In this document: positions 39,564 to 53,494 of the stretch, piece after piece
How the letters are laid out: every line of letters begins with the position of its first letter
Numbering within the stretch: the stretch's first letter is position 1
Source of the DNA: Octopus vulgaris
Taxonomy: Eukaryota
Length of the DNA stretch: 64,000 nt
Reading direction: 5' to 3'
Assembly (NCBI GenBank): GCA_951406725.2
Contig: OX597816.1
Location: 134,602,001-134,666,000, forward strand
The notes under the pieces: generated by a model
Seen by the model: the letters and a program-made list of their open reading frames with translations, nothing else
What the model was told of the DNA's origin: nothing
Database searches by the model: none
Position numbers and translations under genes: made by a program

Positions 39564-40068
39564 TTCTGCCCACACCTACGCGTTTTCGTCATTTTTTTTT
39601 TTATATTGATTAGGCTAGGCTTCAAACAAATTTGTTTAGTAAAATGCTCTACCACGGCGCTTACTCACTTGTCATTGATATCCTTGGTGAATTTCATAAT
39701 CATTTCCTTGTTTCTGAATGTACATTCATGTTACAATTTGATCTGCCGAGACAAACCTGTGTTTAATAGATTAACTGTCATAAAATCATTGGCATAATTC
39801 ATCACGGAAACATTTGCTATGCCAGCAACCGATCCTTGTTTGCATACAAGGGTGTCTGGTGATATTCTAAACGAAAGTTTACTTTAAGTTTCTAAGTACT
39901 ATAAATAATTCACTTACACGGATGTTCTGTGTCCTTTTCTTATTGTCAGGGAAACAACCCCTCCCCTACGTACACCCTGATTCAATAGTGTTGCTATCAA
40001 CTCAAGATAATTATCTTCTAAGCTTCTCACTCGTAACCAAGTATGATTTGAGTTTTTCTACCTCACTC

Positions 40069-40103
<35 letters not shown>

Positions 40104-40898
40104 CACACATTAGATATTAGCGGTACCCGTGGAAGTTCTGCGTTTAGTTAAAAAACATTAAGATGTTTAGAAGTTCTTTCATAACCTCGTAATATATTTC
40201 TTTTGAAATGATGTTTCATTTGAAACATTTAAATGGTGTGAAAGTCCATATAAGTAGTATTGAACGTGCAGTCTTAAGACACATATATACATATATATAT
40301 ACAAGTGTGTGTGGGTATCTTGCTTCTGTAGGTTCCGATGAAACTTGTGGTGTGCGGCCAATTGAAGCATATGGTGCTGCAATGATGTTTTTTTTTTTCT
40401 TTCTCCTATTTTTTAAAATTAAATTTTCTTTTGTAAATTATATTCCTTTTCACTGATTTAGCTATTTCAAACGATGTAAGTTTAAGCACAAACATTTAAT
40501 TAGCGTCATACAACACCACTATAATATTAATTGTTCTGCGTCTTAGAGTTTGCTTCTTCTCTGGATTATATATATATACGCTCCATAAGCGGAACCTAAA
40601 TACACTAAGTGCAGAAACGCTGCAAGAATTAAGATGCAATGTGAGAACAATTTCATCTGTCAGCCATCTAAGTAAACATGAGCCAGGAAGAAATCGAGCT
40701 GCTTGTGAACTGGTTCTGCAATCGTGTGTCCCATGGTACATATGTACCAAAAAGTAAACTAAATAGCTCATTTGCGAACGTCGCTGCAGGCCGAAAGCTG
40801 AGCAAGATAGCTACTTATGTTCACGTAATCACGCAAGTTAAAAAAAAAGATGGCACTCTTCTGATAAAATGTAGCAATCATCATCATCATCATACATG

Positions 40899-41262
40899 TA
40901 GGCGCAGGCATGGCTGTGTAGTACGTAGCTTGCTTCCCAACCACATGGTTTCAGGTTCAGTCCCACCTTGTGGTACCTTGGGCAAGTGTCTTCTACTAAA
41001 GTCCCAAGCCGACCAAAGCCTTGTGAGAGGATTTGATAAACGGAAACTGAAAGAAGCCTGTCGTATGTATGTGTATTTGTCCGCCCACCATCACTTGACA
41101 ACCAATGTTGGTGTGCTTATGTCCCCTAACTTAGCGGTTTGGCAAAAAAGACCAATAGACTAAGTACTAGGCTTGCAAAGAATAAGTCCTGGGGTCGATT
41201 TGTTCAACTTAAGGCGGTGCTCCAGCATGGCCACAGTCAAATGACTGAAACAAGTAAAAGAA
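40899..41262 (+). mobile_element. OR/CORE-like SINE copy
   Basis: Homologous to 19372-19745. Confidence 0.8.
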
Positions 41263-41752
41263 TATATAGACACATACTAATTGTGACTGAGGTTGCTGGG
41301 TAGCCCTTTAAGTGCTAGAAATAAGAGTTAAAAACCCTCAGAGCTGCAACAAAGCACATTTGTGCTTCCTTGCAGCTCTAAAGGTTTTTAACTCATTTTA
41401 ATAGATAAATTTTGCTAAGTTAGATGTTCATTTCCTCCCCACCCCGTATTCCTAATTCCCACACTTAGGTCTCAATGTGATCTCCTTTGTTTTCCATTCT
41501 AAGCCCATTTTAGTTGATAATCATATGTTAAGCCATCCCTACCCCTCCTCTTTCTCAGCTCGCCTTTATATCATTATCTTACTAGCATCTTCTGAGACAT
41601 TTTTTCATGTAGGTATGGCTGATTTTATGGTCATAGTGAAATAAGGGTAGGGAAGTGTATCTGACATTAATTAATTTATCACCAGCAACAAGAACTTAAC
41701 TGTCAATTCCCAATGGTAGACCCTTTGATCTATCCTCCTGGACCTCACCCCA

Positions 41753-42321
41753 ACATCATCATCATCATTTAGCGTCTGCTTTCCATGGTAGCATGGGTTG
41801 GACGGTTCAGCTGCGGTCTGGGAAGCCAGAAGGCTGCATCAGGCCCAGTCTGATCGGGCAGTGTTTCTACGGCTGGATGCCCTTTCTAATGCCAACCACT
41901 CCATGAGTGTAGTGGGTGCTTTTTACATGCCACCTGCACAGGTGCCAGACGAGGCTGGCAAACGGCCACGGACGGAAGGTGCTTTTTACGTGCCACAAGC
42001 ACGGGGACCAGGCGAAGCTGGCAATGGCCACGAACGGATGGTGCTTTTTACATGCCACCGGCACGGAGGCCAGTTGGGGTGGCGCTGGCAACGGCCACGA
42101 TCAGACGGTTCGCTTACTTGTCACCGGCACTGGTATCACAGCTGCAAGTTCCATTGATGTTGATCGACTTCGATTTTCGTTCTGATTTCTGATATCTGAT
42201 TTGATTTGATTTCCACTTGCCTCAACGGGTCTTCACAAGTGGAGTTTTGTGTCCCAAGAAGGAAAGGTATGTATAAGTCGACTGGCTACATACCAGGTAG
42301 AGGCCACGAGTATGGTCTCAC
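41753..42321 (-). mobile_element. RTE 3' UTR/tail copy
   Basis: Reverse complement of 44220-44759, with four stem-loop units. Confidence 0.85.
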
Positions 42322-44085
42322 TAGTCCGATAATACAACCCTTGGGAATCCTATCCAGTTCAATAATACTAACCATGGTACTACTGCCCCTACTACTAGCA
42401 ACATGACTACACATAACAACAGTGACACCCTCTCCCAGCCCAACACCAGTAATAATAACACCTTTGGTCCTTCTTTGGAGATAACAGTCCATATGAACCA
42501 GATCACAATAGGAATAAATTCTAAACCTGCTGCTGGAAAGAAAACCTGCAATTTCAAGGTCTTCCAGCTCTGTTCGATTGAAAGCTTCTGTTTACGGTAC
42601 AATATAGTATATAAATGCTGGATAATAACACCATGTCCCCACTAGGCTAGGGTCCAAATTGGTAGCACTATCAATTTCAAGTGCCAGGGCCAGTCCTAGG
42701 GTTGCTGGTGTCCTAAGCAAGCTGAACTTCGCATGTACAATCTGACAGTTATGGAAATTTCCATGCCTTTGTCATGCCCTCCTTTGTACCATCTAGCTAA
42801 TGGCACCCCAGCTGACTGCCTGAATTTCCGGTACCTTGAGCTGGCCCTGTCAAGTGCCTCTATTGGATCCACATGAATTTATTCTCAAATAGTGCTTCTA
42901 GACTCTCTATCTTCTTGGCAACATACATACACTTCTTCAAGTCCTGAAATATTCTCTATACCTTATCCTTATCCACAGTCTGTGAGGCTTCCCTGTACAA
43001 GACTAACCTCTGGGTTTATAAACTGTGTTCAAAGGAATTGCTTGCTATCCTCCACCTATACAACCCTTCTTTTCTTAATTGGTTCTCTGACATAATCACA
43101 AATTATAATTTTTGTTTGCCCATTCCATAAAGTCTCTATAATCTCCTAATTATGATTTAGCCCTAACTTACTACTTAGCTATGCTAACAACATACCCCTT
43201 CTCTTTCTCTATTTCCTTTGTATCTTTTTCCATAACTGAGAATATCTCCCTCTGGTGCTACCCCACCATCAATCCTCGAATTCCTTCCTTGCCTCTTTCT
43301 GGCTTCATCTATAACCAGCTTCCTCTTTGTTTCAAAATTTGCCCCTCTACATTCTCCCCATATTCTTTCTATATCTCAGCAGCCCTCCTCCTCTACTACC
43401 ACTCCTTTTCCCAGCTTCATTCATTGCATCTTCCTTTAGCTTTCTTTAACCTCAACCATCCCTGATTGATTAAAAATCTGCTTGACATCATGCCCCACCA
43501 ATGGTGTGTTCCCTTTCACAATACTGACCTATCTTCCTCACCCTTCAACTCCCAACTTTTACTTCTATTCAATCACTTAATTGCTCCTCTCCCCACCCTA
43601 TCCCTGCCTTGTATTTCTTATCTCTTATTGCTCTTCCTCTACCTCTTCACTCCCCCTCCCTAAGTCTTCTGCATCTTCCCTTTCCCTGCTTTTTACTTCT
43701 GTCTTCCTATTCTCCCATTCAACATTTAAATCCCTTGCATCACAATGTGAACAGCTATCTGCCAATCTTCTCATCCTAATGAAGGAAGCTGGTATTATTG
43801 TAATGTTTTTTTATATTCATAGACAGGTTGCATATCCATATCTTTTTGCACATTCCATCTGCTAATTATAAACATAAAAAAACTATTATGTAATTCCGAA
43901 CTCCCAGAAACAGCTGTCGAGTTAAAAAACTATGCATTCTCTCTTAGTCTTCTGCATTTTGTATTCTCCATGTAAAAGAAAATTTATTTGTCAAAGCATA
44001 CATATATCTATGTGCTTGTACATATGTGTTTATCTTCTGAATATATTTAGTCATTGTATCTATCTATATTCATATACATCTATGT

Positions 44086-44759
44086 GTGTAGGCAGAACCA
44101 GGAAAACCTGGGACGAGGTGGTGAAGCACGACCTTCGAACTTTAGGTCTCACTGAGGAAATGACTAGAGACCGAAACCTTTGGAAGTATGCTGTGCGTGA
44201 GAAGACCCGGCAGGACAAGTGAGACCATAACCCGTGGCCTCTACATGGGATGTAGCCAGTCCACTTATGCATACCTTTCCTTCTTGGGACACAAAACTCT
44301 ACTTATGAAGACCTGTTGAGGCAAGTGAAAATCGAAATCAATCAACATCAATGGAAATTGCAGCTGTGATACCAGTGCCGGTGGTACGTAAGAGAAACAT
44401 CCGAACGTGGCTGTTGCCAGCGGTGCCCTGACTGGCCCCCGTGCCCGTGGCACGTAAAAAGCACCATCCGATTGTGGCCATTGCCAGCCTCGTCTGGCCC
44501 CTGTGCCGGTGGCATGTAAAAAGCACCATCCGATTGTAGCCGTTTGCCAGCCTCGTCTGGCACCTGTGCAGGTGGCACATAAAAAGCACCCACTACACAC
44601 ACGGTGTGGTTGGCCTTAGTAAGGGCATCCAGCCGTAGAAACATTGCCAGATCAGACTGGGCCTGGTGCAGCCTTCTGGCTTCTCAGACCCCAGTTGAAC
44701 CGTCCAACCCATGCTAGCATGGAAAGCGGACGCTAAATGAAGATGATGATGATGATGAT
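44086..44759 (+). mobile_element. 5'-truncated RTE LINE (ORF end, 3' UTR, tail)
   Basis: GRTRKTWDEVVKHDLRTLGLTEEMTRDRNLWKYAVREKTRQDK*, followed by repeat units and (GAT)n. Confidence 0.87.
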
Positions 44760-45960
44760 ATATATACAAAAATATATAAAATAACATTCTCATATTTGCA
44801 GACCCATAAAAAATGAACCTCCACCAACTACTCTGTCTATATATCTGTGCACACCTTTCAATGCCATAAGGTCTGCATATCCAATGGAGGCCTCAAAATA
44901 CATTTTAAGATCCACAAAGATCAGAACTTAATTGCAGCTCATGGTGGTCCAAATCAGGTATGCAATCTATGTGGGTGTCTTTTCAATATGTTGCCTGGTT
45001 TAAAAAAACCACATCAAATGCCATGGTAGACCTATGGTGTAAGTACACAAGGTGGTCAAACCCTGCATAAGGAATAGACAACCAGGCTAAGATCAAGGTC
45101 TAATATCTACTCTTAACAGTTTAATATATCATGATCATGATCATCATTTAACATTGTTGTCCATGGGTTGGACATAGGTTGGATATATATATATATATAG
45201 ATGTCTTCCTTTGAAAAAAATCTCAATTACAACAATGATGTTGTTGATGAAATATGTTCTTTGTCTATCTACTTATCCTCTTTGTGATTTTGGATAATAA
45301 GAAAACTATACAAATGAATCCTTCAAATTTAACTAAATTCTATATTTTTATGCAGCTGAAGATTGATCTACATTTTAAATTGATGTAATATTTGCATTGT
45401 TCAATTAAAGGGAATCACATGAAACAATCGTACTGCATTACCTCTGGATATCCTTGTTGCTTATTTTGATCATATATATATATATATATTTATCAAGACT
45501 AATCGTGTTTATCTTCATCACTCTCTCCATATCAGCTCACATGGATTTCTCTTATCGCCATTCTTTATTCCGTGGGCCTAGTCCTCATTAAAGGCTTCAA
45601 AGTTTAAGTTCAAATTATTTGAGCACTACTATGTGTTTTCTACACAGAGCGTCTCTAAATCACATATATTGCTTCTATGTGTGTGTGAAGGCACATGGTT
45701 AGAGTGTTGCACTTATGATCGCTCGATCATGGTTTGATTCTCGGACTGACCGGAGTGTTTTTCTTGAGCAAAACATGTCATTCCATGTTACTCCAGTCCA
45801 ATCAACTTATACATGAGTAACGCTGCAACAGAGTAACCTTCCAGTCAGGAGGAATGTTGGCCTATTCGCAATAAGGGTGGCATCATTCAAAAGTTGAAAC
45901 GATGCGAAGTATATTGTGATCAGCGATGTATAACAACATCCGATAGTCTGGCTGGTCGTA

Positions 45961-45996
<36 letters not shown>

Positions 45997-46002
<6 letters not shown>

Positions 46003-46535
46003 GTTATCGCCATACTAATATGGCATTCTTATAAAAATAAGAAAAAAGCTGTCCGCTTATTAGCTCCATGAGGCCATCGCCTTAAGTTAGCTATTTGATA
46101 CACAAACTGTATCCATATAACCTTCGAACAAGGGAGGTCAGTCGCTCCACACTACTTGACCGGCAGCTACAGACGCGTTTCAGGGTATAGGCCATCGCCT
46201 TAAGTTAGCTATTTGATACACAAACTGTATCCATATAACCTTCGAACAAGGGAGGTCAGTCGCTCCACACTACTTGACCGGCAGCTACAGACGCGTTTCT
46301 GTAGCTGCCGGTCAAGTAGTGTGGAGCGACTGACCTCCCTTGTTCGAAGGTTATATGGATACAGTTTGTGTATCAAATAGCTAACTTAAGGCGATGGCCT
46401 CATGGAGCTAATAAGCGGACAGCTTTTTTCTTATTTTTATAAGAATGCCATATTAGTATGGCGATAACTATTATTTTCCGGGAACACTGCCGCTGTTCTC
46501 TTTTAGAGAGACTTAGTTATTTTAATATTTCTATT
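45997..46535. repeat. Perfect inverted plus tandem duplication of a Penelope-type terminal repeat in a (TA)n tract
   Basis: 45997-46172 is the reverse complement of 46299-46474; 46071-46181 is repeated at 46189-46299; GAAACGCGTC on the minus strand. Confidence 0.85.
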
Positions 46536-48667
46536 ATATATATATATACATATATATATAGTGTGGTTGCATGTTAAGATGTTTGCTTCCTACTGGGTTC
46601 AGTCCCAGTGCTTGGGACCTTGGGCAAGTGTTTTCTACTATTGACCCTAGCCTTGTACATGTATTTGGGAGATGAAAACCTATAGAAGCCTGTCATATAT
46701 ATGTTAAAGTCATACCCAGGACAATGTATGCCCATATATATATTATCATCCAGTACAAGAGTTCCAGTGTTTGAGGAGAGTGGAACCGCCTCTAAACCAT
46801 AACTGTCCCTAGGCCCACTCTGACCCTGGGTAGTAGTTATGGTCTGACTAGCATATGAACTACTGGATGTGAAGAACTCCCTAGTTCTTGTAAGAAATTC
46901 CTACTAGGAGGAGGTAAACTCATAAAAATCCTGAAGTGCAGTCGTCTCAACCTCTGTGCTACTGGTTTGATTATAGTTGATAACATTGAAAAGTGGGTTC
47001 AGTGCTGTGCAACACTTTATCCACTCAAATTCATGCACAAGAACTGTGTGGACTCTTGGAATTTTTGCATGGACTTACTAAGTTTAGTTAGTTACTCGGT
47101 CCCAAGTTGACTTCCTATATGTATATGTTTATCTTTGTCCCCTCCCCCAAAACCACGTTACAATCGACGTTGGTTTATTTACATCCTCGTAAATTAGCTT
47201 TTCACCACAACAGATCGATAGCATGAGTACTAGACAAAAAAAAACATGTCCTGGTGTACATTTATTCGACTAAACCATTGAGGGTCGTGCTCCAGCATGA
47301 CCGTAGTCCAATAACTGGAGCAACTATCCACGTAAGATCAAAAGTGAGGGAACTTAACGATATTTTACTTATTCGTGGGTACAGCTCTGCTCGCAAGTAT
47401 TGCAGGATAATTGGTAGTCCTGGTGTAGTGGACATTGTTCTAATATTTTCTTTTCCTTACTGTTGTTTCATCTTACAGGTAAGTTATTGTAAAATCAAAG
47501 AGGGAATTTTTTTTATCACAAATCAGCAAACCGATCATTTCAAAGCTGAGAAATAGAAACAAATTAATATTTATTACGTGACAATGCTTAACATTGTTAA
47601 TGTGGGGCTGATTCAACAGGTATTGTTTGCATCGTATATCTACTGTAAGATCCGTTTGCCAACGGGAAGTTATTAGCTTTTGTGGGCGATGATGTATTTG
47701 ACTTAATACGAAGGAGTATATGTCTCATGTGACATTTGCAAGACAAGAAGTAAATAGTTAAAAAATTCAAGCAATATTATCTAACACATTGCTCTTTCGT
47801 TTGTATAAACAAGTTCACACCCTGATTGAAGAACATTTGTTGTACAGCAAAGACTTCGTATATTCACTACACACCCTTTGTCGTTGTTATGGAGACCACT
47901 GTCCATAAGTATCCCAAAATGAAAATTTTGCAAGTAAATAAAAAAAAAAGGACGCCGGAATACTTAATTATTTATATTGCTTTTTAAGAAAATAACTGCG
48001 GGTGTCCTATATTTTATACAATGGAGAGATTGCGATTCAACAACAACTACGATTCAACAACAACTATAAAATAATGTTTTTTAAAGTAAAACAAACGATT
48101 AAATTCCATGAAATATAGCGATAGTTCCATTAGCGTTCTCCATACGTTCCTGAAAATGCCTTGCTTAACCAAAAAGTGCCATACGAGGTCATTACTTACT
48201 ACTTTTTACTGGTGGATACAAATACAATTGAATATGTCGCCAAACGACGGAAAAATTCAAAACGTGCCATCGCAGTCTTCAAACATTTAACTTTAAATAA
48301 TAATCTCCCACAATGTGTGGCTATCTAAACAGAGTAGTGTTAGGCGGATGTATAATTGCACTGAATGATATATTTGATAAATAAATACATTAACTTCATT
48401 TTGCTTGTGTACACGATGTGAGCTGAAGTCTTGTAGAGAAGTGACGAAGTTTCATGATCCCTGACTGACAAAAAGTATTGGTTGATCATAACTCAAAAAT
48501 CTTGAATAATGAATTAACTCCACTGATGTAAGAAATTCAAATGTACAATCAATATCATGAATTGTGTGAACAATTTGTTAGAAGTAATTTCTTTCACTCA
48601 AATCATTATCTACTTCACGATTGTTACGGGTACCTTGGGATTTCCACGTTCAACTATTTCTTCAGTG

Positions 48668-48825
48668 TAACTTGCTTACCTACTACATGGTTCCGGGTTC
48701 AGTTCCACTGCATGACACCTTAGGCAAATGTCTTCTACTATAGCCTCGGGCCAACCAAAACCTTGTGAGTGGATTTGGTAGACGGAAACTGAAAGAAGCC
48801 CGTCGTATGTATGTATGTATGTATG

Positions 48826-48870
<45 letters not shown>

Positions 48871-49065
48871 TTGAACGCCCACCATCGCTTGACAACCGAT
48901 GCTGTATTTACGTCCCTGTAATCCAGCAGGTTCGGCAAAAGTGACCGATAGAATAAGTACTAGGCATACATGTGTGTTATCATGTGCGAATAAGTACTGG
49001 GATCGATTTGTTCGACTAAGTAGTACTAGGTAGTACTCTAGCATGGCCGCAGTCAAATGACGGCA
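48668..49065 (+). mobile_element. OR/CORE-like SINE copy (5' clipped)
   Basis: Homologous to 19372-19745. Confidence 0.8.
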
Positions 49066-49915
49066 AAATAAAAAACAATTTAGAAAAAAGAAAAGAAAAC
49101 AACAACTTTCACTTAGATTTTATCACACTTCGTATGAAAGTAGGCGTTTCCAGATTAAAATGTGTATGTTCTCATGTGCAAAAAGTGAAAAGACGTATGA
49201 ATGTTAAAAAAAAAAAATCAAATAATAAAATTGACCTAATATCTTTAAATGATTGTTCAAATGCACTGTCATGAGTTTCAAAGGTAACATAGACACCACT
49301 AATTTTAAATGAATTTTGAATAAAATGTTCTGCAAATATAACTCAGCAATTGTTCTAGTAAGTAGACAACTACTGCGTGTACCCCCAAAGACTTCTTGTC
49401 TTGCAAATGTCACATGAGAGATACCTTCGTATTCAATCAAACACCTCATTGCCCAGATAAGCTAATGACTTCATGATGACATGGATTTTACAGCGGATAC
49501 AATATGCAAACAATATCTGTTTTGTTAGCTTTATCTTAACAATGTTAAGCTTTGTCACATAATAAATATTAATTTCTTTCTAACCGTATCTCAGCTTTTA
49601 AAGGATTGGTTTGTTGGTTTGAATTAACCCTAGAAAACATGAAAAAAGAGAAAAATATGTTATATTAACATATGAAGGTGACCACACTGGTTCAAGTTAA
49701 ATTTTCATTGAAAAATATATACAAAACATAAAAAAATATAAATTTACACAGTTCAAGTACAAAACCGTTTCATCTTTGTGGCTTTCACATGCAAAAAGTT
49801 GTTATTTTTGACAACTAATTCTCTTTTGGATACTGAAATGTTTTCTTCAGGTTCTTCAGCCAGCATTTTAAGAAATTTGTGTCAAAACTGGAGTTTGTTC
49901 TGTTTGAATTGTGGT

Positions 49916-50199
49916 CAGTGGTGGACAGGGTCTAAAAATATTGGTTCCCAGGAAACTAAGGGGGTCCACTCGCAACTACAATGCAATCAATTTTTTTTTG
50001 TTAAAAGTATTCTTTTCAACTGTCCTCAAACACAGCCAGGCTGAAATAATTAATTCATTCTTCCAGAAGTGAATAAAAAAATTCTCAGACTTGAGTGGAT
50101 GGGACCCTTAGATACTAACATGGGTCTCATATATAGATTCTAATGGCACTGGGGCCCACTTGCCATCGGGCCAGCTGGCAACCTGGCCAGTCACCACTG
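49916..50199. mobile_element. hAT-type MITE
   Basis: CAGTGGTGGAC...GTCACCACTG TIRs; degenerate 8-bp TSD ATTGTGGT / ATTGCGGG. Confidence 0.6.
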
Positions 50200-52209
50200 A
50201 TTGCGGGTGCTTTTCAATATATAACAAAAAAGTATTGTATGCTGCTGTATCAATTAGATTGAAAAACATTGGCCACCTTCATGTACCTTGTCTCACTGAA
50301 TAGTATCTAATCAGCAGGTCAAAGGTGTCATAGAAATTTTCAAACTTAAAGGAAAACTTGAGAACATGTTTCTTCATACGAATTTATTATTTTTATTTAT
50401 AAAATAATAAAAACTGTCAACAGGGTCACAGTGGTCCAGTCTATGTTTCCCATGGAACTTTTTAAACTTTAAAGCCCAAACTCAAAATGATTTTTATTTT
50501 AAACCGAAAACCTTAGGATAAGAAGTTCAAAATATAGTGTTGATCTACATCACCATTGATTTAAATTAAGTAATTTTTAAAAATAAAAATGGCTTTGACA
50601 CAAAAAGAACCACTGCAGTCACTTCCATGTTTTTGAGGGTTAATATCTAAATTGATGTGTTGATGAGGCACACCAAATGTACAGCTGGCAGAGAAACAAT
50701 TTATATTTATTGATTATAACGCAGAGTTTTTTTTATCAAATTTTCTTCACTTTCTTTTAATTTTCTTAATTTAAAAACAAAGGATTTTCTCATGTTATAG
50801 TACTTTGTTCTGTTTATTTAGATAATACTAAGTTTGAAATGTTGTAAATTCATGGAGAATGATTAACAAGTGTGAAAACCAGTTCAGTGAAATGCAATTT
50901 TAGGGAGATGGATTGTTAGGAATAGGATAAAAAATAAAATAGCCTGGATATCAAGATTTGGAGAAGTGAATACAGTAAATAAGCTAACATGGATGTAGTA
51001 AAAGACAGAGGTCACAATTGTAATGAAGATATTGTTTTATGTTAATTTATTTCAATGATAACTGTAAAATTGATTGTAGATTCAATTTAAAATGTTGACC
51101 ATTCTAATAGCAAATATCACACGAAAAAGAAAAAGAAAAAACTCTTTCAAAGTAAGGGATGGCAAAGGACAAAGAATTAGCATTGGTGTTCTGGAATGAA
51201 AAAGGTGTTTTCTTCAATTTGGTCATCATGCTTAATTAGATATTTGAGAAAAAAATGAAAAATATTGACTGATACTACAAGAGTGTGAAGAAAGGGAGGA
51301 GACAATATTTGTTCAATTAACCATCTTCAATAAACATTTCTAAAGATGGTAAAACAACATAAATAACAAAATATATGGAAAACAAAAAATTCTTAATGAA
51401 GAGGGAAAGGTTTTTATGGTTTTCTAATTAGTGGACTGTGCTGCTACTTTAAATTCTGGAAGTTTGAAATTAATCTTTTGTTAAAACAAGCACATTGCTA
51501 AAATTTTATAGACTACAAATGAATACAGTCATCATCATCGTTTAACATTCGTTTTCCATGCTGGCATGGGCTGGACGGTTTGACTGCAGCTGACATCAAT
51601 AAAGAATGAGGCTGAGTACCATCTCTTGGCAAGGGCCTTGTTGACCAAGTCCTGATATTTGGTTTTCTTTAGCTGGTGAGAAATATCAACTCTGTCCCCC
51701 CAGAGCACTGTAAGTTTGATCTCTTAAGTATAGTATAGATTGGCTAAATTAGAAGTGTTGTGGACAAAATGCCATCCATACATCTATGTTCTAATTAAGA
51801 TCATATTGAAGTTAAATTTCCTCTTTATTCTTCCAGGACTAATAAAATAAGTTGAGAACTTGGGTATATTTAATCAGCTCTATCCACCTCTAAATTTTGA
51901 GGCTTTGTTTATATATATAAGAAATAATTCGCTTCTTTTAATGTAGAGACCTGATTACATAGTTATTTGTGTGGAAATTCTCTCTCTCCAACATTTCTGC
52001 TATGGGTGGCCTAAAAAGATGCTGAGCTATAAATACCAATGGTCTTAAAATCTCATCAATTACTAAATTTCTTAGAATTGTCACAGTGAACAGTAACAAT
52101 TTTCAGAGAAGTAAGAAAATGGAAATGGTGAAGGGACAATAATCTGGATGTCGGTATTCAAGAAGGACTTTTGCAAATAGAGAAAACAAGCTTTTAATAT
52201 AAGAAAGAA

Positions 52210-52520
52210 TTAACTGGCATTCCCTCAGTTACAATGATGATGGTTCCAGTTGATCCAGTCACTGGACAGCTTGCTCATGAAATTAATATGCAAGTGGCTG
52301 AGCACTCCACAGACACGCATACCCTTAATGTTGTTCCCAGAGATATTCAGTGTGACACAGAATGTGACAAGGGTGGCCTTTTGAATTACAGGTACTACTA
52401 ATTTTTGCCAGTTGAGTGGACTGGAGCAACGTGAAGTAAAATGTTTTGCTCAAGGACACAATGCACTGCCAATTTTCAAACTCATGACCTGATTACCCTA
52501 AACACTAAGTCACATGCCTT
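52210..52520 (-). mobile_element. Third SINE family (Meta/Deu-domain-like)
   Basis: CCTTGAGCAAAACA...CTCCAGTCCACTCAACTG on the minus strand; relatives at about 10220-10500, 34490-34660 and 45690-45960. Confidence 0.55.
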
Positions 52521-53306
52521 CAGTTATAAGAAAGAATAGTGTTCATTAAAACAAAAAAAAAACATAAACACTACCAGTATTGACATGTTTGTCGATGTGT
52601 CATTAATACAAATATATCTGAAATTAACAGGTGTGTTAAGAGTGTGTGCCTTGTATTACAGATATATTGTTAATATAGAGATATCCTTAGTATGTGTGTC
52701 AGTGCAAGTGTTTTGGTATGATTGTGTACAGAGTAACAGATGCATTGTCATTATGTGTATAGACCTACAGCTATATAACTTGAGTCATGTCTATAATCAT
52801 GTTCATAAATATGTTTCACCTAAGGTTTGTATAGAATCACAAAGTGATAAAGTTTTGATAACAATATAGGTGTAGCAATATATTTGTGTCATCAATATAA
52901 GTATAAAGGATAAACAAAGAAAGGTATTTTAGGAGGTCCAATATAAAATCATTAATTAGGTTATTTTCTGATGTAATCTCCACTCAGTAACATGTTTACT
53001 GATTTCTTTGATAACATATCACGTTTAACACAGTTTTTGTTTTGCTTTGAACTCAAACTGATGTTAACAATGTTGTTACCAATTTAAAAAAAATATATTT
53101 TAGTTTTACAAATTGTGGTGTTTACAAGCAAAATATCATTAATCTATTTGGTAAAATAAGCCAGAACAGTTCATGTTATTATTGTCTTTACAACAGCTAT
53201 TTGTAAAAAAGTTGTAAAGACAATAATGTCATATAAATAATTTATAACCAGCTATCTCTCAAGTTGTGGATTCAAGATTATTATATTATTTCTACTTATT
53301 AGGTAT

Positions 53307-53311
<5 letters not shown>

Positions 53312-53388
<77 letters not shown>
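53312..53388. repeat. (GA)n microsatellite
   Basis: Seen directly. Confidence 0.97.
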
Positions 53389-53393
<5 letters not shown>

Positions 53394-53494
53394 AATGAGA
53401 TGCACATGCAGTAGGTTGGTCAAAGTGTTAGTGAAGTGAAGCCAGTGAGTTTTGAAGTTGTCTATGATAGAAGAATATATCCAATTAATCTTAA

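Noticed and set aside
43181-43865. Ser/Leu/Pro-rich ORFs
   Set aside because: Low-complexity C/T-rich sequence lacks stops by composition; no domain or splice support.
46740-47060. HDV-like ribozyme in a possible RTE 5' UTR remnant
   Set aside because: I could not build the nested double pseudoknot by eye; a structure-descriptor search is needed.
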